Below, piece by piece: positions 36,405 to 41,237 of a stretch of 41,237 nucleotides of DNA. Numbering within the stretch: position 1 is the stretch's first letter; each line of letters opens with the position of its first letter. The notes under the pieces were generated by a model. It was given only the letters and a program-made list of their open reading frames with translations. It had not been told where the DNA came from and made no database searches. A program made the position numbers and the translations under genes. The DNA is from Octopus bimaculoides (taxonomy: Eukaryota): contig NC_068981.1 of assembly GCF_001194135.2 (NCBI RefSeq), positions 41,648,327-41,689,563 of the forward strand, given 5' to 3'.

Positions 36405-37820
36405 AGGCTTTTATATTACCCACAAGGGGCCAACACAGAGGGGACAATACAAACACATGTGGGGACATATAATACAAAAAGTAAAAATAAAATAAAATTA
36501 ACATATGATGATATGTATGATTCATGAAAAATGATTAAATGAAAATGAGCTGTCAGCCCCACCTCTAGCAGCGTCACTTCTTTTTGAGTCTTGTTACTTT
36601 TAGCACATCCAGACCAAAATTATCTTTTAGTACCGTGTACCATGTTCTTGCTGGTATCTTTTTTATTTCCATGTCCATCTTCCATCATTTATGTCCTTTT
36701 TATGTTTTGACATTGCGACACCAACCCACTCCACTTGCCCGTCCATATCCACAAATTTTGCTGTCCTCCACCCAGTCACCTCATTGATCAGTTCCTTATC
36801 CGCATCTTCCGTTAATACACATACGTATCCTGTTTCATGGGGGAGGGGATTTTTTGCATTTTGTTTGTTTCTCTTCTTTTTCTTTTTATTTTGTAAAGGA
36901 AGGGAATGTGTGGGTTTAGTGTCTGTAGGGAGAGGGTGGGTCTCAGCGGGTGTGGGTGGAGTGGGGATGGCTTGGGGTTCCACTTCGTACTGACCTTTCT
37001 TCCTTTTCTTTCATCTTCCCTCTGCTAATGTCCATACTTCCTCTCTCTTTTTCCTCCATTTGGACCTCTTGCTCTTTTTCAGACTTTTCCTCTACCCTCT
37101 CCGTACTTTGCTTCTGCAGAGGGCAGTGTGCTCTAATGTGGCCTTTTTGGCCACATTTAAAACAGCTAGAAATCCTGCCCTCCACTCATACTCTCAGAAT
37201 CACTTCTCCTACAGTCACTGTTTCGGTTAACCTTTCCAATGTTTCCATGTCTGCCTGCATTACGAGTTCTAATTTCTTCCCTTTCCATCTTGCTTCCTCA
37301 ATTTCTGAGGCTTGTAGGACAGCCACCTCCTTTATGTTTCCATAAAGGACAGCTGCCGTGACCCAAGCCACGTCTATATCTGGTGGAATTCCCTCAACTT
37401 TTATCATTGACGTCCCCTTCCAAGGTATGTGGGCAGTAGTACCACTTTATTTGCCTTTATTGTGTTTCCTGCCTGCCTCCTTGCTATTTCTTCTGTCCTG
37501 TATTGGACAACTACTGTCCCAAATTTGTTTCCTTGTGTACAGCACTTAACGCTTTATCAATTATTTCTGCCTCAACTTGCTCTATCTTTTTTTTCTTCTA
37601 CTGCATATACTTTCTAAGCAATGGTTTCCTTCATCATGTCTTCTATAACCTTCTGTGGTGGTGACAGCTTCACATCACTGCCCACTCTACTTGCCATCTT
37701 TTGATGTTCTTTAACGTTTGCCATATTGATTTCTTTTCTTTTCATCTCTGTCATCTCCGCAAAGCTTCATTTTTCTAAACACTTATCCATCTTGTTCATG
37801 GCTCTTACCAATTCCTCCTC
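36405..37820 (-). mobile_element. Decayed gag/ORF1-like retroelement with a CCHC zinc knuckle; no RT found
   Basis: ORFs 37186-37407 and 36943-37185 are one frame split by a single TGA and contain CFKCGQKGHIRAHC (CX2CX4HX4C, 37123-37164). Broken frames extend up to about 37820 (KFGTVVVQYRTEEIARRQ...VLLPTYLGR) and down through 36663-36983. Confidence 0.65.
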
Positions 37821-37821
37821 C

Positions 37822-38381
37822 GAAGAGGTGGTGAAGCACGATTTTCAAACTTTGGGCCTCACAGAGGTAATGACTAGTGACCGAGAGCTTTGGTGACATG
37901 CTGTACTAAAGAGAACCCGTCAGGCCAAGTGAAATCATAGCCGTGGCTGATGCTCATGTCACGTAACTGGCACCCATGCCAGTGGCATGTAAAAAGCACC
38001 TTTCAAGTGTTAGGCCTCAGGGAGGCTAAGTGGATGACAGCAGTGGTACATAAAAAAGCTCCTTTTGAGAGTAGGGCCTTGCAGAGGCAATGACCAAGAC
38101 CTTTGGCATTATGTTGTGCTTGAGAAGACCCATCAAGCCAAATAAAATCACAGTTCTGGCAGACACTGGTGTCACAGAAATGTCACCTGCGCTGGTGGCA
38201 CATAAAAGTACCCATTACACTCTCAGAGTGGTTGGCGTTAGGAAGGGCATTCAGTCATAGAAACTATGCAAAATCTGACTAGAATCTGGTGCAGCCTTCC
38301 GGCTTGCCAGCCCTGGTCAAACCATCCAACCCATGCCAGAATGGACAACAGACACTAAATGATGATGATGATGATGACGAT
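37822..38381 (+). mobile_element. RTE LINE 3' end, abutting the 5' side of the CCHC element
   Basis: gaggtggtgaagcacgat...gggcctcacagagg...gagtggttggcgttaggaagggcattc...ccatgccag...aaatgatgatgatgatgatgacga. Confidence 0.8.
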
Positions 38382-38764
38382 CTTAATTTATATTTTCCAC
38401 TCAGCAAATAAAAGAAATACCATTATTATACCATGGTGGCTTCCATTTTTCACATATCACTTCTCCTTAGAAGGAACTAAAATTGTGCCTGGTAAAAAAA
38501 TCAGAATCAATACTGTTCCATTCTAACTGAATAGCATTAATATGGTGGACAACAAAAGTATCAGAAATACTTTAAAGTATTTTAGAGAGGAAATTACTGA
38601 GAGATGTCATATGGGTGAGTGTGAAGATTATCAACAACAAACTTGAAGAAAATACCAGTGAAATCATATAAGTACCCTGCACTAAATGCCCTGTTTCGTA
38701 TAGCAGAAACACTGTAAGCTAATAAAGTTGATTACATAATTCTTGTTACATTGTCATTCAGTAA

Positions 38765-38766
<2 letters not shown>

Positions 38767-38807
<41 letters not shown>

Positions 38808-38817
38808 NNNNNNNNNN

Positions 38818-38856
<39 letters not shown>
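38767..38856. repeat. (AC)n microsatellite containing a 10-N gap (38808-38817)
   Basis: Directly visible. Confidence 0.97.
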
Positions 38857-38860
<4 letters not shown>

Positions 38861-39551
38861 TTTAGCTGATTTCACAAGTTAATGAAGTGAATTTGGTAGT
38901 GATAAAAACATATTTCAAAGACTACCTACAGTGCCTTAATAATTGTTAATGTAGCTAAGCCCCTGGGCTAGCTATGATCAAGGTTTTTTGTATCATAGAT
39001 TTATTGTTTAATGTATTCAACCCTATTTTAAATCATAAACCTGAGTTGCAGAGGATTTGACTGCTATTTCTAGCATGCTGAGTAACTGCACAAAAGGTAG
39101 AAGTGTCATAATTACGGATTAAAACTGTATTAAATGGCAAATTAAAAAAACAAACAAGATAATATTAATATACACACACACGCACATATTACGACTGAGA
39201 TAAATACTTAAAAGAACTGATAAGATTAATTGTACAACATATCTCATTTTGTTAAATTCTAAGTGTCTGTGTATGTGAATCTCAGTACATATTTCTAATC
39301 TGTATGATACTACAAAAAAAAAAAGAAGAAATCTATCATTGTTTTCCAAAAGTTTTTGTTGTTTCTTTGTAACAAATAAAAATTTATATGTTTTATGTCT
39401 GATTCCCAGCCACCTCTGATCTATCCATAACAGAGGAATTTAAAACTGATTGTCCAAGGGAATTATTCTATGTTGATGACCTTGTTCTTAAAGATGAATC
39501 TATAGTAGAATTAAAGAAGAAATCTCATGTGTAGAAGCAAGGTATGGAATC

Positions 39552-39905
39552 AAGGCAAGTTGGTAGAATTGCTAGTACAATAGACAAAATGCTAAGCAGC
39601 ATTTTGTCTATCTTTACATTCTGAGTTCAAACTCTTCAGAAGTTGACTTTGGCTTTCATCCTTTCAGGATCAATAAAGTATCAGTCAAGCACTGGAGTTG
39701 ATGAAATTGACTTGTTCCCTCCCAGGTCTTATTATTAGATTATCAGAATTATTAGAGTGCTACACAAAATGGCTTGCAGTATTTGTTCCAGTATTTTACA
39801 GTCTGAGTTTGAAATCTTCTGAGGTCAGCTTTGTTTTCATCACCTCCAGGATTGATAAAATATAGTATTGGCCAAGTCCTAGGGTTGAATTAATCAACCA
39901 ACCCA
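39552..39905 (+). mobile_element. Two tandem family-1 SINE copies (second is degraded)
   Basis: ttggtagaattgctag...aaaatgctaagcagcatttt...ttctgagttcaaa...tttcatcctttcagg... followed by a second partial copy from about 39765. Confidence 0.6.
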
Positions 39906-40052
39906 ACAGGTTTTTTACCTAAGATTAACATACAAGAAGGAAGTTTCTTTGGTTTCTATTACCAGCAAGGAACTTCAGAACAACTGAATGTTTATCCCAT
40001 TGCCTAGAGTACAGAAAAGGTTTATTTCAAACATTCTTTTACAATTATTATA

Positions 40053-40842
40053 TGAGGGAGAGTCAAATATTATAAACACTTTTGTTTTTTCAATGTATTT
40101 ACACAAAAGCAGGAGATAAACAAGTACGTCATTTTTTTCTATATAGTCTCCTTCCTTTTTGATGCACTTAATCCAGCAATCCACAAGCTTGTGTATTCCC
40201 TCCAAGAAGAAAGTTTTCAGATGGTCGTGCAACCATTTATGCACCGCTTCCTTCACGTCTTCATCCGTGGGAAATAGACGACCTCAGAGACCATCTTTGA
40301 GCAGTCCAAAGATATGATACTCAGAAGGGGCAAGATCTGGGCTGTAAGCTGGGTGTTCCAGCACCTCATAACCCAATTGATTAATGGTTTCAATGCTCTG
40401 AGCAGCTGTGTGTGGATGTGTATTGTCATGCAGCAACAAAACTTTCCTCGACAATAGGCTTTGATGTTTGGTGTAAATTGCTAGCTTCAGTTTGTTGGCC
40501 AGCAAAGCACTGTACCTTGCACTGCTGATCATACACCCCTTTTCCAGGTAGTCTTCCAGCCCTTTTGAGTCCTAAAAATGGGTTAGCATCACCTTTCCCA
40601 TGGAAGACTGAGTCTTGAATTTCTCCATCGCTGGTGAGCTAGGATGTTTCCACTCCATACTCAGTCTTTTGAATTCTGCCTCATAATGATGGACCCACAT
40701 TTCATCTGTTACTATTCTGCTCAAAAATTCCTCTCCCTCATTGTTGTAGCAATGAAGTAAACATTGGCAGACCTCAAGATGTTTGTGCTTGAGCTCTGTA
40801 ACAAGCTCTCTTGGCACCTATCTAGCACAAACTTTATGGAAG
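40053..40842 (-). mobile_element. Mariner transposon, 3' half of a pseudogenised transposase plus right TIR
   Basis: FHKVCAR*VPREL (WVPHEL-type motif), IVTDEMWVHHYE, LLHDNTHPH, HPAYSPDLAPSEY, KLVDCWIKCIKKEGDYIEK. TIR TA|TGAGGGAGAGTCAAATATT at 40051-40071. Confidence 0.9.
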
Positions 40843-41078
40843 TGTTATATGGACTGTTGGATATATTATTCGTCTGAGTTCATTGTTTCATTGTTGTTGT
40901 CTTGTGTGACTGTCATAGTAAAATGTCATTGATAGATATATGGCGGACATGATTCTTGTTTATTCATAACGAACTTTGAGTGAGTGCATTCTTTGTATGT
41001 AATTGAATAATAAATGTAATAATTAAATTGTACAACTCGTTGTGTTATCTCTGCGAGTCTCCCGAGGGAAATACAACA
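40843..41078 (+). mobile_element. Putative 5' LTR (236 bp) of a Ty3/Gypsy-like retrotransposon
   Basis: Starts TGTTATA and ends TACAACA (6/7 inverted). Contains AATAAA. Begins exactly where mariner homology stops and is followed by a PBS-like motif and an ORF. Confidence 0.6.
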
Positions 41079-41086
41079 GAGTTTAT

Positions 41087-41103
41087 TGACGTCGCCGGTA
41101 GGA
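41087..41103 (+). promoter_or_regulatory. Candidate primer-binding site (TGACGTCGCCGGTAGGA; canonical TGG altered to TGA)
   Basis: Lies 8 nt after the LTR end. Shape resembles the complement of a tRNA 3' end (TGGCG...AGGA). The tRNA is not identified. Confidence 0.35.
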
Positions 41104-41144
41104 AACATGCTTACTTTACCGTAAAATTATTCATCGTAATAACA

Positions 41145-41237
41145 ATGGCTGAAAAACAGACAGTAGAACTTATTAAATTGTTTAGGGAACAAATGGACAA
41201 GCAAATGCAACAACATAAGAGAGATATGGATACTCTG
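41145..41237 (+). CDS. Start of putative gag ORF of the LTR element, open to window end
   Basis: MAEKQTVELIKLFREQMDKQMQQHKRDMDTL: 31 uninterrupted codons, coiled-coil-like, downstream of the LTR and PBS. Confidence 0.45.
   Translation, partial: MAEKQTVELIKLFREQMDKQMQQHKRDMDTL

Noticed and set aside
36584-37617. Plus-strand ORFs (36584, 36691, 36950, 37358, 37429)
   Set aside because: Antisense shadows of the purine-rich CCHC ORF.

Overview
Eukaryotic, AT-rich, repeat-dense genomic scaffold with four N gaps. The SINE and RTE-LINE families resemble those I recall from octopus genomes, so an octopod cephalopod is inferred but not provable here. The one host gene is a two-pore channel 1 (TPCN1) on the minus strand. 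Ten GT-AG coding exons (24446 down to 2125) join in frame into 374 codons covering the N-terminal region, all of domain I (S1-S6, TTANYPDV filter) and the start of the cytosolic EF-hand-like linker. The first coding exon and all of domain II were not found. The rest is intron or upstream DNA filled with transposon remains: RTE-clade LINE fragments (almost all antisense to the gene), tRNA-derived SINEs, a Penelope-like element with a decayed hammerhead ribozyme, mariner/hAT/piggyBac-type MITEs, a Helentron-type HINE, a hAT transposase relic, and a mariner interrupted by an LTR retrotransposon at the right edge. The least explained items are an ORF1-only CCHC retroelement that appears to end in a SINE-type tail and an 85-bp-stem hairpin at 32852-33038. 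I cannot demonstrate a novel system from sequence alone. Boundaries of degraded repeats are approximate.
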